Source: a virus (lineage: Duplodnaviria; Caudoviricetes). Taken from it: a stretch of DNA of 64,000 nucleotides. The notes below the pieces were generated by a model that saw only the letters and a program-made list of their open reading frames with translations, made no database searches and had not been told where the DNA came from. The translations under genes and the position numbers were made by a program. The stretch lies in the IMG/VR virus record IMGVR_UViG_3300010163_000001, positions 96,001 through 160,000 of that record. One strand, given 5' to 3'. How positions within the stretch are numbered: position 1 is the stretch's first letter; every line of letters begins with the position of its first letter. Shown here piece after piece: positions 1 to 10,500 of this stretch.

Positions 1-256
1 CACTGTTACATTCTTTCTTATTAATTTCCTGTAGAATGAACATGGAAATATATCGCCTTTCTTGTACAAGAACCTCGTCAATAATATTTGTTACATCTGC
101 GATGAATCCTATTATAGAAATTACGCCAATTAATATGAGCGTCATCATAATTGCCTCAAATGATAGACCATAGGAATGTAAAATTCCTAATACAATGGCA
201 ACTACCAATAAAATTATTATATACATCCGATATGGTAATTTAATTTTATTATTCAT
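1..256 (-). CDS. Small membrane protein, truncated at the window edge (MNNKIKLPYRMYIIILLVVAIVLGILHSYG...)
   Basis: Manual translation: ATG at 256 overlaps the TGA of 253..504 (ATGA coupling); frame stays open to position 1; two hydrophobic stretches. Confidence 0.6.
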   Translation of the reverse strand, partial: MNNKIKLPYRMYIIILLVVAIVLGILHSYGLSFEAIMMTLILIGVISIIGFIADVTNIIDEVLVQERRYISMFILQEINKKECNS

Positions 257-504
257 TTTTCATACTTCCTTTCGTTGTATTCTTCATTTGTTCTACGGCT
301 GCTTCTTATTATTTCATATAAAAAGTTTAACACAATTATTACACATATCAAGAGTAACGTAGATAAACATCCAATTACCAGCACTAATCCTATAAGCAAA
401 TCAACTCCTATAACATTTGTAATATGGAGAAATACTAATGCTAAACATGTAGACATTAAAATTCCTACATAAAGTGCATATAATTTCTTAAATTTCTTTA
501 TCAT
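253..504 (-). CDS. Small membrane protein (2 predicted TM helices)
   Basis: 83 aa, two long hydrophobic segments, ATGA overlap with the ligase stop. Confidence 0.65.
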   Translation of the reverse strand: MIKKFKKLYALYVGILMSTCLALVFLHITNVIGVDLLIGLVLVIGCLSTLLLICVIIVLNFLYEIIRSSRRTNEEYNERKYEK

Positions 505-2537
505 CTGCTTAATCCTTTCAATACTTTGTCTGCATCGGAACGATGTTCAATTGAGATTCCTTTCTTCTGTGCAGCCTTACATTTCGTTGAGTCATGGTCA
601 TAGGATGCATCTATTACTGCTACAGTATCTCCATTTACATTGGATGATACCTCATAACCCAAGTTGTTGAATTCTGCTTCTAAATCAGAATTTCGAAATC
701 CAGTAAAAACCACATTCCCTTTGTAAGTAACATCGTTCACAATGTTCATGATTTCCATCAATTTTTTAATTAGTTTCTTATTTTCATGAATAAATTGAGC
801 AAATGTCTTTGCTGTCTTTTCTCCTGTGTTTTCTGCATCAATTAATTCCCATTCCAATGTTGATTGTTCCATTTTCAACATTTTCTTTAATGGTATCACT
901 TTTATGAGATTTTTACATTTCTTCTTTGATATTCCTGTAATTCCAAGTGCCCCTAATAAAGATGAAACTTCAATTGGTTTTTCTTTTATTTTATTAATCT
1001 CTCTGATAATAATTTCTGCAGAATCCTTACCATATTTTGGTAGCGGTTCTATTTGCTCTACGGTAAGTTCAAATAAATCTGGAATATCTTCTAATAAATG
1101 ATGATTCATCAAATCTTCAATTGTTTTATCAGAAACATCTTTTGCTTCTAATTTCACTAAGAAGTTTGAGATTCTTCCAGATATAATTCTTGGACAATCT
1201 TGATTTTCACATCGATATTGCCCCCCTGCTCCTACTCTATTTAATTTCTCTCCACAGTAAGGACACCTCTTTTTTATTTTTAATAGTTTTGCGTTTTCTT
1301 TATACCTTCTTATTTCTGGTAACTTTGCCTGTGGAATTACATCTCCAGCCGAATATACTAACACTTGTTCTCCCTCATGAATATCCATATTCACAAACTT
1401 ATCAAAAGAACCAAGTGAAACATCTTCAACAGTTGTTTCATTCACCTCAACAGGCATTACTTTTAACATTGGAACTGCAAAACCAAGCCTTCCAACTGAT
1501 ACATATCCGTAATCAACTTTTGCCAACGCTTCTTCTGTATTAACTTTGAAAGCAATCGCATTATCCATAATGTCATCATAATTTGTAAGTACATCATCTC
1601 CTAATGGATAGATTACAACACCATCTGTTCGAATGGGATATGATGCATCTCTTATAACAGATAACATCTTTTCAATTTCATCCATTAGATCTAATGGATT
1701 TCCTGCTGATATTTCTTTTGAATCCAATGGATTATATTCAATTTCCCCATTTGGCAATTGCACTGCTAATGGAATGACTGTTACATATTTTGCATATTGC
1801 AAATTCTTTGGCGAATTTACAATACCACTCGTAGCACTTCGCCTGTTCTTATACTTCTTCTCTTGAATTAAGTTGTTAAACGACTCTGTTGTCATTACCA
1901 ATTCCGTCTTAATCCAAAGATTTTCTCCAGATTTTAACTTTTCTGCATAGAAGGAACTAATCACTTTTCCATTTGAAGTTTGTCTTACCATTTTTGTAAT
2001 ATCTTGTCCTTCTTCTCCATCATTCCGAGTAACTCCCTTTACGACATTACCATCTTTATTTATCTTTATAGCAGATGATATTCCATCAAATTTAGGAGCA
2101 ATTCGAAATCTTCTTTTTCCATGAAATGGTTTCCATTTCATAAAATAAGCATAAAGCTCATCCATCGTATAGATTTTTTTAATAGATCCAACCATTCCAG
2201 GTTCTTCATGTTTTACAAAATCCCATTGCGATTGTGTAATTAACTTATCCGCATGAGATATTAATGACCCACCATTGTTAATATAGTGGGTCATTAATTG
2301 ATCATATTCATGATCAGAGATTAATACATCTCCATCTTCAGAATACGTGTAATAATCCAGAAATAATTTAATTAGTTCTTCCGCTTCATCAAATTCTTCC
2401 TGATGTAATACTTTAATATTTAAGAACCTGGAATGTAAAGATGCTAACTCTTCTCTATAGTTAGCTAAATCTGCAATTGATATTTCTCCTCTTCTTAATT
2501 TCTTTCGAAGTTCTGCTACCTTTTGCATTATCTTCAC
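501..2537 (-). CDS. ligA: NAD-dependent DNA ligase
   Basis: ISDHEYDQL (domain Ia), adenylation motif PKFDG, TRNDG, TDGVV, AIAFK, AGDVIP, Zn finger CPYC..C..C, HhH repeats, C-terminal BRCT (VVFTG). Confidence 0.95.
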   Translation of the reverse strand: MKIMQKVAELRKKLRRGEISIADLANYREELASLHSRFLNIKVLHQEEFDEAEELIKLFLDYYTYSEDGDVLISDHEYDQLMTHYINNGGSLISHADKLITQSQWDFVKHEEPGMVGSIKKIYTMDELYAYFMKWKPFHGKRRFRIAPKFDGISSAIKINKDGNVVKGVTRNDGEEGQDITKMVRQTSNGKVISSFYAEKLKSGENLWIKTELVMTTESFNNLIQEKKYKNRRSATSGIVNSPKNLQYAKYVTVIPLAVQLPNGEIEYNPLDSKEISAGNPLDLMDEIEKMLSVIRDASYPIRTDGVVIYPLGDDVLTNYDDIMDNAIAFKVNTEEALAKVDYGYVSVGRLGFAVPMLKVMPVEVNETTVEDVSLGSFDKFVNMDIHEGEQVLVYSAGDVIPQAKLPEIRRYKENAKLLKIKKRCPYCGEKLNRVGAGGQYRCENQDCPRIISGRISNFLVKLEAKDVSDKTIEDLMNHHLLEDIPDLFELTVEQIEPLPKYGKDSAEIIIREINKIKEKPIEVSSLLGALGITGISKKKCKNLIKVIPLKKMLKMEQSTLEWELIDAENTGEKTAKTFAQFIHENKKLIKKLMEIMNIVNDVTYKGNVVFTGFRNSDLEAEFNNLGYEVSSNVNGDTVAVIDASYDHDSTKCKAAQKKGISIEHRSDADKVLKGLSR

Positions 2538-2564
2538 CTTCCTTTCTAAAATAAGAATATATTA

Positions 2565-2819
2565 TTAAACGTTTTTATTCTTTTTCTTTGATGGTTTCTG
2601 AGGATTTACATCTGAAAACTTAATCGGAATCATATTGCCGTCATCTTCATCGTCCTCATCATCATGATCTTCTGGTTCCATAAGTGCATTAAGAACCTCA
2701 ATTATTTCATTTATTTTGGTTTCGATTAAGTATATTCTTTTCCCTATACTGTCAATATTGAAACTCACAGTTTCCTCGGGATTTTCCAATGGCTCAATCG
2801 GCTCATAATCTTCAAACAT
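2565..2819 (-). CDS. Hypothetical acidic protein (probable start MFEDY at 2819)
   Basis: GGAGG RBS just upstream of ATG 2819; the longer start in the ORF track overlaps DHFR. Confidence 0.6.
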   Translation of the reverse strand: MFEDYEPIEPLENPEETVSFNIDSIGKRIYLIETKINEIIEVLNALMEPEDHDDEDDEDDGNMIPIKFSDVNPQKPSKKKNKNV

Positions 2820-2823
2820 GAAT

Positions 2824-3315
2824 TTACCTCCTTCTAAGTTTGATGAATAAATAACTAACACCTTCATTCTCATCAAAATAATGAGGAGTTGATGTAATAA
2901 CATCCCAATCTTTATTTGTATCAAGTATTGGAAGTTTTCGATCAGAAGGTCTTTTTGCTTCTACATAAGTAATGTATGCAGTATCGCAATATGGAAGGAA
3001 AGTTTCATATGTATACTGCCCCCCTATCACAAATGCTTTATCTCCAGCTTTTTTCACAATCTCCTCAACTTTACTAGAGAATATAACTGTTTTACTTTTG
3101 TACTGATTTAAAAGAATGTCTGTATCTCTTGTGTATATGAAATTCGTCCTATTCGGAAGAGGTTTGCCAATGGATTTGAATGTTGCTTTTCCCATAATAA
3201 CAGACTCTCCAGTTGTTAATAATTTAAATAATTGCATATCCCTATGAATATGAAATAATAATCTCCCTTCATATCCAATTCCACGTTCACTATCTACACA
3301 TGCGATTAGATTCAT
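2824..3315 (-). CDS. folA: Dihydrofolate reductase
   Basis: IACVD..RGIG, DMQLFK, VIMGKATF.SIGKPLPNRTN, FVIGG motifs; adjacent to thyA. Confidence 0.95.
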   Translation of the reverse strand: MNLIACVDSERGIGYEGRLLFHIHRDMQLFKLLTTGESVIMGKATFKSIGKPLPNRTNFIYTRDTDILLNQYKSKTVIFSSKVEEIVKKAGDKAFVIGGQYTYETFLPYCDTAYITYVEAKRPSDRKLPILDTNKDWDVITSTPHYFDENEGVSYLFIKLRRR

Positions 3316-3327
3316 ATAAGTGTCCTC

Positions 3328-4305
3328 CTAAACCGCTACATCAAATTCCATTTTCTCCATATACTTATAACCTTCGATATGAATATCATCCACATTAATC
3401 TTAAAGAAATCAGTTTCATCTGTATTCCATGTCAGTTTTGGTTGGTTTCTTGATAATGTTAATGCTCTTACAATTTTTACAACCCCTGCGTCATTTTCTA
3501 ACGTATCATATGTAGAACAAATGTCCTCATAAATATCATTGTCAATTTTATTTGTCATTCTAATAAGCCTGTAATTATACAACATATCTGCATAATTATC
3601 CAAATGACTTTTATAGCAGTAGATATGAGCATCTGCCATGCAATGTGTCAAAATTCCAGGTTCAACACCAATATGTCTTGCAAATAAATGTGTTAATAAT
3701 GCATATTGTGTAGTATTAAATGGAACTCCTACAAGATAATCGGATGAACGCTGTACTAACATGCAGTTAAGCTTTCCATCTACAATTGTCCAAATTGAGG
3801 AATAACAGCATGGACAAAGATTCATATCGTTCAGATCATCTACATTCCATAAATCAATAACACACCTTCTATCACTGGAATCAGATGCTAATTTTTCTAG
3901 CACGTAATGCACCTGACTTTCATATGTCTTTCCTCCAATAGTAACATTCTTCGCTACTTGATAGCCATATGACTTTCCAATAGAACCATTTTCATCAGCC
4001 CAATCATCCCAAATGTGGGCTTTCAAATCATTTATATTATTACTTTGCTTCTGCATAATCCATAAAATCTCTTTTAATGCAGTTTTCCAGAATACATTCT
4101 TACATTTTAAAATCGGTACCGGTTCTTTCTCTAAATCTACCTCAATGATAGCATGAGGAACTCTTATTGTTTCAATTCCAGTTCTTTGATTCAATTGTCT
4201 GAATCCTGTTTCCATAATTTCTTGAGCAATACTCATATACTGCTCCTCATAAGGTACATATTTTTTTTTCATACTTTTCATCCCTCTTAAAATTATTTTA
4301 TTCAC
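3328..4305 (-). CDS. thyA: Thymidylate synthase (true start possibly 4281 or 4272)
   Basis: KEILW, IWDDWAD, YGYQ, catalytic LCPC, QRSSDYLVGVPFN, DAHIY motifs. Confidence 0.95.
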   Translation of the reverse strand: MNKIILRGMKSMKKKYVPYEEQYMSIAQEIMETGFRQLNQRTGIETIRVPHAIIEVDLEKEPVPILKCKNVFWKTALKEILWIMQKQSNNINDLKAHIWDDWADENGSIGKSYGYQVAKNVTIGGKTYESQVHYVLEKLASDSSDRRCVIDLWNVDDLNDMNLCPCCYSSIWTIVDGKLNCMLVQRSSDYLVGVPFNTTQYALLTHLFARHIGVEPGILTHCMADAHIYCYKSHLDNYADMLYNYRLIRMTNKIDNDIYEDICSTYDTLENDAGVVKIVRALTLSRNQPKLTWNTDETDFFKINVDDIHIEGYKYMEKMEFDVAV

Positions 4306-4362
4306 TTATCAAAAATGTTTTTTTGATTAAAATAATGTGTAAAACGGAATAAAAAACAAATC

Positions 4363-4374
4363 AACATAGAAATA
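4363..4374 (+). promoter_or_regulatory. Putative late promoter AACA-N6-TA upstream of the endolysin
   Basis: AACATAGAAATA. The same motif occurs at 31890-31901(-), 41782-41793(-), 46913-46924(-), 49077-49088(+) and 62942-62953(-), and matches the AR9 late-promoter consensus. Confidence 0.5.
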
Positions 4375-4392
4375 ATCTTAAAGAAAGGAAAG

Positions 4393-5490
4393 GTGATGTT
4401 TATGGCTATTACAATGTATAAGTCTATAGACGCTGCAATTTCTAAAGTAACAGAACTTGAATTTGAGGAAGTAGGCTATTTAGAAAAAGCTTCAAACGCA
4501 AGCCTTGATTCAAAAACTGAAAATGCTGGCTATAATAATTATACTAAATATTGGAGAGACCTCAATCAGCTCGGAATTATGGGTCAATCTTCTAATTTTG
4601 CCGGTGGAAATGTATGGTATTGGTGTGCTGGTTACCAGTCATGGATTTTTTACAAAGCATTTGGATTAGATGGTGCAAGAAAATTGTTGCTTCACATGCC
4701 TTATATCACATGTGCAGTATTAGGAGAAAAGGCAAAAGCTGCTGGAAGATTATATGATGATCCACAGGAAGGAGATATTTCATTGTTCTGGAATGGGTCC
4801 AGATATAGTCATACAGGATATGTATATGCAGTTGATAGTAACAAATTCTATACTGTAGAAGGAAATACGAATTCAAGTGCAGGTGTTGTTGCAAACGGTG
4901 GTGGAGTATTCAAGAAGTCCTACGTAAGATCTACAATGAAAAATAAAGGAACGAAATTCTTTAGACCGGATTATTCTTTGGTAGTTGACGGAAAAGGAAA
5001 TACTTCTTCTAATTCCAAGCCATCCAAACCAGCAACATCTTCAAATAATTCAAATTCTACAAAAGTTATCGGGGAAGCAAAAGTAACAACCAAGACAGAT
5101 CCACTTATGTGTAGGAAGAGTGCTTCTTCCAGTGCAAGTATTCTTGGTAAGTTTGCAAAAGGTGCAACGGTTTCAATCCTGGCAAAGACTAATTCTTCTT
5201 GGTGGAAGGTAAAAGGCAAATCCACAGATGGAAAGACAATTACGGGATATTGCTCAACAAAATATCTAACAGAATGTGCAGATAAAGTTTCTCTTAAGAT
5301 AACAACCAAGACAGACCCGCTCAGATGTAGAGCAACTGCTTCTTCAAACGGAAAAATTCTTGGTAAGTTTGCAAAAGGTGCAACGGTTACATTGGTTGAG
5401 AAAACAAATTCTTCTTGGTGGAAGGTAAAAGGCAAATCCACAGATGGAAAGACAATTACGGGATATTGCTCAACGGAATACTTGGGCTAA
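4393..5490 (+). CDS. Endolysin: CHAP amidase/peptidase plus two SH3b cell-wall-binding domains
   Basis: YWCAGYQSW (Cys), SHTGYV (His), TVEGNT; Ser/Asn linker; two near-identical SH3b repeats (ILGKFAKGATV...WWKVKG...TGYCST). Confidence 0.9.
   Translation: MMFMAITMYKSIDAAISKVTELEFEEVGYLEKASNASLDSKTENAGYNNYTKYWRDLNQLGIMGQSSNFAGGNVWYWCAGYQSWIFYKAFGLDGARKLLLHMPYITCAVLGEKAKAAGRLYDDPQEGDISLFWNGSRYSHTGYVYAVDSNKFYTVEGNTNSSAGVVANGGGVFKKSYVRSTMKNKGTKFFRPDYSLVVDGKGNTSSNSKPSKPATSSNNSNSTKVIGEAKVTTKTDPLMCRKSASSSASILGKFAKGATVSILAKTNSSWWKVKGKSTDGKTITGYCSTKYLTECADKVSLKITTKTDPLRCRATASSNGKILGKFAKGATVTLVEKTNSSWWKVKGKSTDGKTITGYCSTEYLG
5085..5474 (+). repeat. Intragenic 216-bp tandem duplication encoding the two SH3b domains
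   Basis: 5191-5258 is identical to 5407-5474 (68 nt); 5140-5172 is identical to 5356-5388. Confidence 0.9.
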
Positions 5491-5493
5491 AAT

Positions 5494-5530
5494 ATAAAGA
5501 GAGTATAGGAAAATCCTATACTCTCTTTAT
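5494..5530. terminator. Bidirectional intrinsic terminator
   Basis: ATAAAGAGAGTATAGGA-AAA-TCCTATACTCTCTTTAT, 17-bp inverted repeat between convergent genes. Confidence 0.85.
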
Positions 5531-5565
5531 TGCTGTTACATGAATATTATGCTAAATTTACAATT

Positions 5566-5991
5566 TTATGCCTTTTGAAATACAATTGTTGGTTTTGTAA
5601 CGTGTATTGTTTCTCCTTTTTCTGCGATAATAAACTCAGCATCTATACACCAGGCGCCCCAAGTCTTTTTTGTTTTATCATAAATTCTTGTCACTGTTTT
5701 TCCAAGATACGTATAAATCTGTCGTATTTCTTCATCAAGAACTATAACAGTGAGTTTTATCTGATCTCCAGATGCAGTATCATCATAACTATTCGTATAA
5801 TACTGAATAAAATAGTTCCCCTTCTCTACCATAGTATTTAAATCTATCTTTGCATCCACAGTAGATTCAACAATATGATCAGGTGAATCAGTCATCATCT
5901 TTCTTACGTATGTTATTGTCTCATCGATTTCTTCCCCTGTGTATGAGGAGAAATACTTGGCTTCTCTTTGATTTATACTTGATTCTGCCAT
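5566..5991 (-). CDS. Hypothetical protein, possibly virion-associated
   Basis: 141-aa ORF with AAGGAAGTG RBS and a late-type motif variant upstream; no recognised family. Confidence 0.6.
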   Translation of the reverse strand: MAESSINQREAKYFSSYTGEEIDETITYVRKMMTDSPDHIVESTVDAKIDLNTMVEKGNYFIQYYTNSYDDTASGDQIKLTVIVLDEEIRQIYTYLGKTVTRIYDKTKKTWGAWCIDAEFIIAEKGETIHVTKPTIVFQKA

Positions 5992-6078
5992 ATATTCACT
6001 TCCTTTTTCTTCCTATTTAGTATTAATAATCTGTAAAGAATTTAACAACCTAAATAAAATATATAAAAAGGAGGTTTA

Positions 6079-7230
6079 ATGTTGGATGCGAATTTATTTT
6101 CCGAAGGTGCGATTTACTATTATGAAAATAACACCAATACAAAAAAAGACTATAAGAATGAGAATCTAAATCATGATTTCTTAGTTAGTAGACCCGTCTA
6201 TATTATAGGGTCAAAAGATTCCTATGAAGATTACACAGTAAACGTATTCATTATTACAAGCAACTTAGATAGGGTTGGAATACCTATAAATGTCACTGGA
6301 TGGAGATCTGGGAAAATTATTCCATACAGTACCTATACTGTACACAAAAAATATTTGACAACTTATATGGGAACAGTTTCTGATGAAATAAAAAAAATTG
6401 TACGAGATGCCTATAAATATCATTGTGGTTTCTCTACAGAAAAGCCAATTTATCTTAAAAAAGAAAAAGAACGTATAAAAGAAATAAAAAATTTTGTTAA
6501 GGGACTAACTCCAAAGCAAAAAAGTATTTACTATTTCTTAAAATCGAAATGTGAAATTACTGAAAAAACTGGATATGTACATTTTTACGAACTATGGAAT
6601 TCTTATAAGAAATCTAAATCGAAAGTGAAGTATGAAACAGCAGGAAATTTCAGTAAAGAACTTAATAAGGTTCTAAAAATATTTCCAAATGTTCATATGG
6701 ATGAAAGCGAAGAAGACTACTCAATTATTTATTATGGATTATGTCTAAAAGGTCAAATTCATAATAAAACAATTTCTGATCAAGTAAAACGAGACAGTAG
6801 AAAGAACGTCATTACAAATGAAAAGAAAACTTTAACAGAGGCTGATACGAAAACAATGGATACGAATCAGTTATTAGATCACCTATCAGAAAATTCTCTT
6901 AAAATATACAAGAAGATGGATCTCATTGAAAAAATAAGTAACTGGAAATCTAATCCTGATTATATACAACTAGACATAAAAAATGTATCGGACTTATGGA
7001 TTATTAAACGGTTAATTTCAATAGAGATAGAAGCTATATTAGAGCATCTATTTAGAGATCTTGATAAAGGTATGAACCCAAATAATTTATCACCATCAAA
7101 GAAATATATATTAGTACGGTGCACAGATCAAGATTTAACAGATCATATTGATAAAAAGTACTTAAAAAAGGGACTAAATAAATTTAGAAAAAACCTTAAG
7201 AATAGTATTGGATATTTAATGAGGCAGTGA
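6079..7230 (+). CDS. PemK/MazF-like N-terminal domain fused to a winged-helix-like domain
   Basis: RPVYII...VFIITS...TYTVHKKYLTTYMGTVSDEIKKIVRDAYKYHCG resembles PemK/MazF; FLKSKCE...ELWNSYKKS...FSKELNKV...YYGLCLK resembles the D5-primase C-terminal/RFX winged helix; AGGAGG RBS. Confidence 0.55.
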   Translation: MLDANLFSEGAIYYYENNTNTKKDYKNENLNHDFLVSRPVYIIGSKDSYEDYTVNVFIITSNLDRVGIPINVTGWRSGKIIPYSTYTVHKKYLTTYMGTVSDEIKKIVRDAYKYHCGFSTEKPIYLKKEKERIKEIKNFVKGLTPKQKSIYYFLKSKCEITEKTGYVHFYELWNSYKKSKSKVKYETAGNFSKELNKVLKIFPNVHMDESEEDYSIIYYGLCLKGQIHNKTISDQVKRDSRKNVITNEKKTLTEADTKTMDTNQLLDHLSENSLKIYKKMDLIEKISNWKSNPDYIQLDIKNVSDLWIIKRLISIEIEAILEHLFRDLDKGMNPNNLSPSKKYILVRCTDQDLTDHIDKKYLKKGLNKFRKNLKNSIGYLMRQ

Positions 7231-7235
7231 TTTAT

Positions 7236-7265
7236 AAAACGGAATCTCGTACGAGATTCCGTTTT
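7236..7265 (+). terminator. Intrinsic terminator (perfect 30-bp palindrome)
   Basis: AAAACGGAATCTCGT/ACGAGATTCCGTTTT directly after the stop at 7230. Confidence 0.85.
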
Positions 7266-7283
7266 TCTCCTCTTTTTTCTAAT

Positions 7284-7344
7284 ATATTCTTTTAATAGCT
7301 ATAAGAAAAAATAAAACATAAGGAGGATAAAAGATTATGGCTAA
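7284..7344 (+). repeat. Copy 1 of a ~61-bp promoter-RBS-start direct repeat
   Basis: ATATTCTTTTAATAGCTATAAGAAAAAATAAAACATAAGGAGGATAAAAGATTATGGCTAA, about 4 differences from 17293-17353. Confidence 0.85.
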
Positions 7345-7489
7345 TTTAAATCACAAACAAATGGAAACTTTAGTAAAAGTGTTAAAGGATGCACAGAACA
7401 GCGCAATCGATAAACAGGAGTTCTCACTGCTGGATGATCTCTTTCATATTGAAAAAGTTGTGGAAGAGGTTATCCCAGTAAAAGGATAA
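7337..7489 (+). CDS. Small hypothetical protein, 50 aa (MANLNHKQMETLVKVLKDAQNSAIDKQEFSLLDDLFHIEKVVEEVIPVKG), absent from the ORF track
   Basis: AAGGAGG RBS, promoter-like motif upstream, terminator directly after TAA. Confidence 0.75.
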   Translation: MANLNHKQMETLVKVLKDAQNSAIDKQEFSLLDDLFHIEKVVEEVIPVKG

Positions 7490-7519
7490 GTGGTGACCAT
7501 CTGGGTCACCACTTTTTTT
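7488..7519 (+). terminator. Intrinsic terminator
   Basis: AAGTGGTGACC-ATCTG-GGTCACCACTT followed by a T run. Confidence 0.85.
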
Positions 7520-7521
7520 GT

Positions 7522-10500
7522 TTATAATCTTGAGTCATCTGCAAATGATGGCATATCATCTGTAGGATTATATTTTAATATTTCCTTGGGTTTTATTGTC
7601 CTGGTGGAAATAAGTGCCCATGTCTCTTCTCCTGTTCTATTATCATAGGAATATTCAAATCTTACATTTCCAGGTTCTCCTTTTTTTGTAGGATTAGCAA
7701 AAACTGAAGAACCTATCTTGCTCATTTTGAGATTTTCAAATTTTCCATCCGAATCAATTGGATACCATGCAGATATTTTTTCTATAATAGTATCTTCCGG
7801 TATTGTCTGTAATACCGTGGATGATTCATATTGGAAATACACTTGATGTGAAATATATTCGGATAATTTTGATTTTGGTATTTGATCTCTTATTATTATT
7901 TGAGATGGCTCTGGTTCTTGTAAAAACTCATCAATTAAAGCAGATTCTTGCGCTTTTAACAAAGTTTTAAAATTGTTAATTGTTTCATCTTCTGTAAGTT
8001 CTGTCTTTGTAATAACTGCATCTGTCATATCTTTCGACCATGAAAGAATTTGATCCATTCGAGTGGATAAGTTTGATTCACCATTTGTATTTAAGGATAC
8101 AATGTAAATATAGCAATCATCTGTTTGTCCTATTCGATGAATTCGATCAGAACATTGTTCAAAATCCGCATTTCTCCACGGAGGTCCAAAGAAAAACATC
8201 TGATTTGCTTCCACTAATGTCACACCAGTTCCTAATGTTTGAGAAGTGGCTACTAGTACCATAATGTTATTATTCTCTTTAAATTCTTTTAATATTTCTA
8301 ATCGATTCTTCACATCTCCAGTAATCATAACAGTTCCAATTCCGTTATCATTTAAATCTTTATAAATATGCTCTACTACTCCTTTAAATTGAGAAAAGAT
8401 AAGAGTCTTTTTTGTATTTTCTGTGATCATCTTATAAAATACATCCTTATTCTCAGAATATAAAGAAATGTACATATCCCTTCGATATGGAGGCATAATT
8501 TCTCCATATGCAATTCCTAACCAATGTGCTTTATATCTTACATAATTCTTAATAAGAAAATTATAATAATCTTTATCTTCTTTCTTTTGTATCTTCTTTA
8601 AAACTGCTTTCATGTATTTTTCTACATATATTTGATCTATTTCATGCAAATTCTCATGTTTTCGAACCATAATATCCATAAGATCGATAAATTGATCTGC
8701 ATTCATATCATCAGGAGCATATTTTCTACTCATATCATAGAATGGTTTTCGTAACTCCATCATTTCACTCAAATGTAAGTCATAATAGTAACTAAATTTT
8801 TCAGATACTTCTTTAAATACATTAGATAAAGTGTATTTATCTTTATCTAACGTAGATAATTCTAGTGGAAGTATATGTTTTTCAGGAAGTGTTCCATCCA
8901 ACACATCCTTTTCTTTCCGATACATAATTTTACCAAATCTAGCTTGTACCAAAGATGTTCCTAATGAGGTTTTTAACTTGAAAGCCTTATCAAATATCTT
9001 AGCGGCTTCCATTGTAAAGGTTGGATCGATCATTAATAAAGCAGGAACAATCTCATTTGGTGTTGCTTTAATTGGGGTACCACTCATTACAAGAGTATCT
9101 TTACATTTCAACTTATCTCTTAATTCAATCAATTGATGAACTCTTTTTGATTCTATATTCCTAAAGTTGTGACTTTCATCGACAATTAATATATTTTTGC
9201 CAGACATTACGTATGGAAACATTTTTTCTATAGATTCGTTATTTGTAATAATAAACTTTGTAGTATTTTCATTAAACTTCGTAGGTCTATCGCTACAAAT
9301 GAATACTTCTTGTTTCCATAAATCTTCATCTTGATATTTTTCATAATATTTTTGAATTTCTAATGCCCAGTTTGCTTTTAATGAATTTGGACATACGATA
9401 TATACATGATCAGCGCTAAGGCACTCCGTTAATCCTATCGCAGTTAATGTCTTTCCAAGACCTTGCTCAAATGCCAGGATATATCCTTTCAAATTTAGTT
9501 GTGCTTTTAATCTCGGATAATTTTGAATAAAATCTATCTGATAATCATTCAATGTCAATGTCAAATTCTTTAATTTGGATGTATTTAGTGGAGCAGTAAT
9601 CTGTGCATTTCTATCTGCTTCAGCTAACCAAGAATTCTCATAAATTGTAACAGCAAATGCTTTATAAGTTTTATCTCTGAATCGTTTCCCTAAATCAGTA
9701 AATAATCTTACTAATTCTAAGGCAAAGAACTCTGGAGTATACATATAATCAATTTTAATATCTGCTCTCTGTATTCTCTTCTTTTCAAATCTCTTATATG
9801 ATAATGCATTGTATTTAGGAAGAAAGATATTTCCTAGGGATTTATCTTTATAGTGTCTTGAAATACGTGATTTTAATAATTTATAATTAATCCCCCATAT
9901 TTCAATATAGCCATCTTTAATTTTTACTCCCGTATATCCATAGTTAGCTATTCCACCAACTAAATTCTTCTCACCAAAAATCTTATGATGCCAAGTATCT
10001 AATTCTTCCTGTTTTGATTTGCCTGTAAATAAATCTAAAAATCCTTCTTTTGCTACTTGTACTTCTGAAAAGTCCATAAAGTATTGATGATCACCTTTTG
10101 ATTGAAATCCTAATTTCTCTGCTAATTTTTCAGAAGGTTCATTTCCTTCCTTACGTACTTTCCAATCTAAATAGGTAATATTATTTTCTTTTGCCCATCG
10201 AATTGCTTCATCTACTAAAATACCAGTGAACCCTTGTCTCCGATATTCAGGTTTACAAGCTATACATATAACTGCAGTATTTTTCTCCATATCTGGTAAT
10301 GTATACAGTTCAATGAATGCGGCTGGATCTTTATCTGTTAAAATTACATTTCGATAAATTACATAAGGACTCTTTTTAAAGGTTCCATTACAAATTAAAT
10401 GTAACTCTTCATCTGTTAAAGTTTTTACAATACTTTTTACATGATTAAAATTCTTAGAGAATGAGATAATATTATTTCCAAACCAAGATTCATTTACCCC

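Noticed and set aside
5085-5474. Diversity-generating retroelement TR/VR pair
   Set aside because: Both copies are in frame within one gene, differences are not adenine-specific, and there is no reverse transcriptase in the window.
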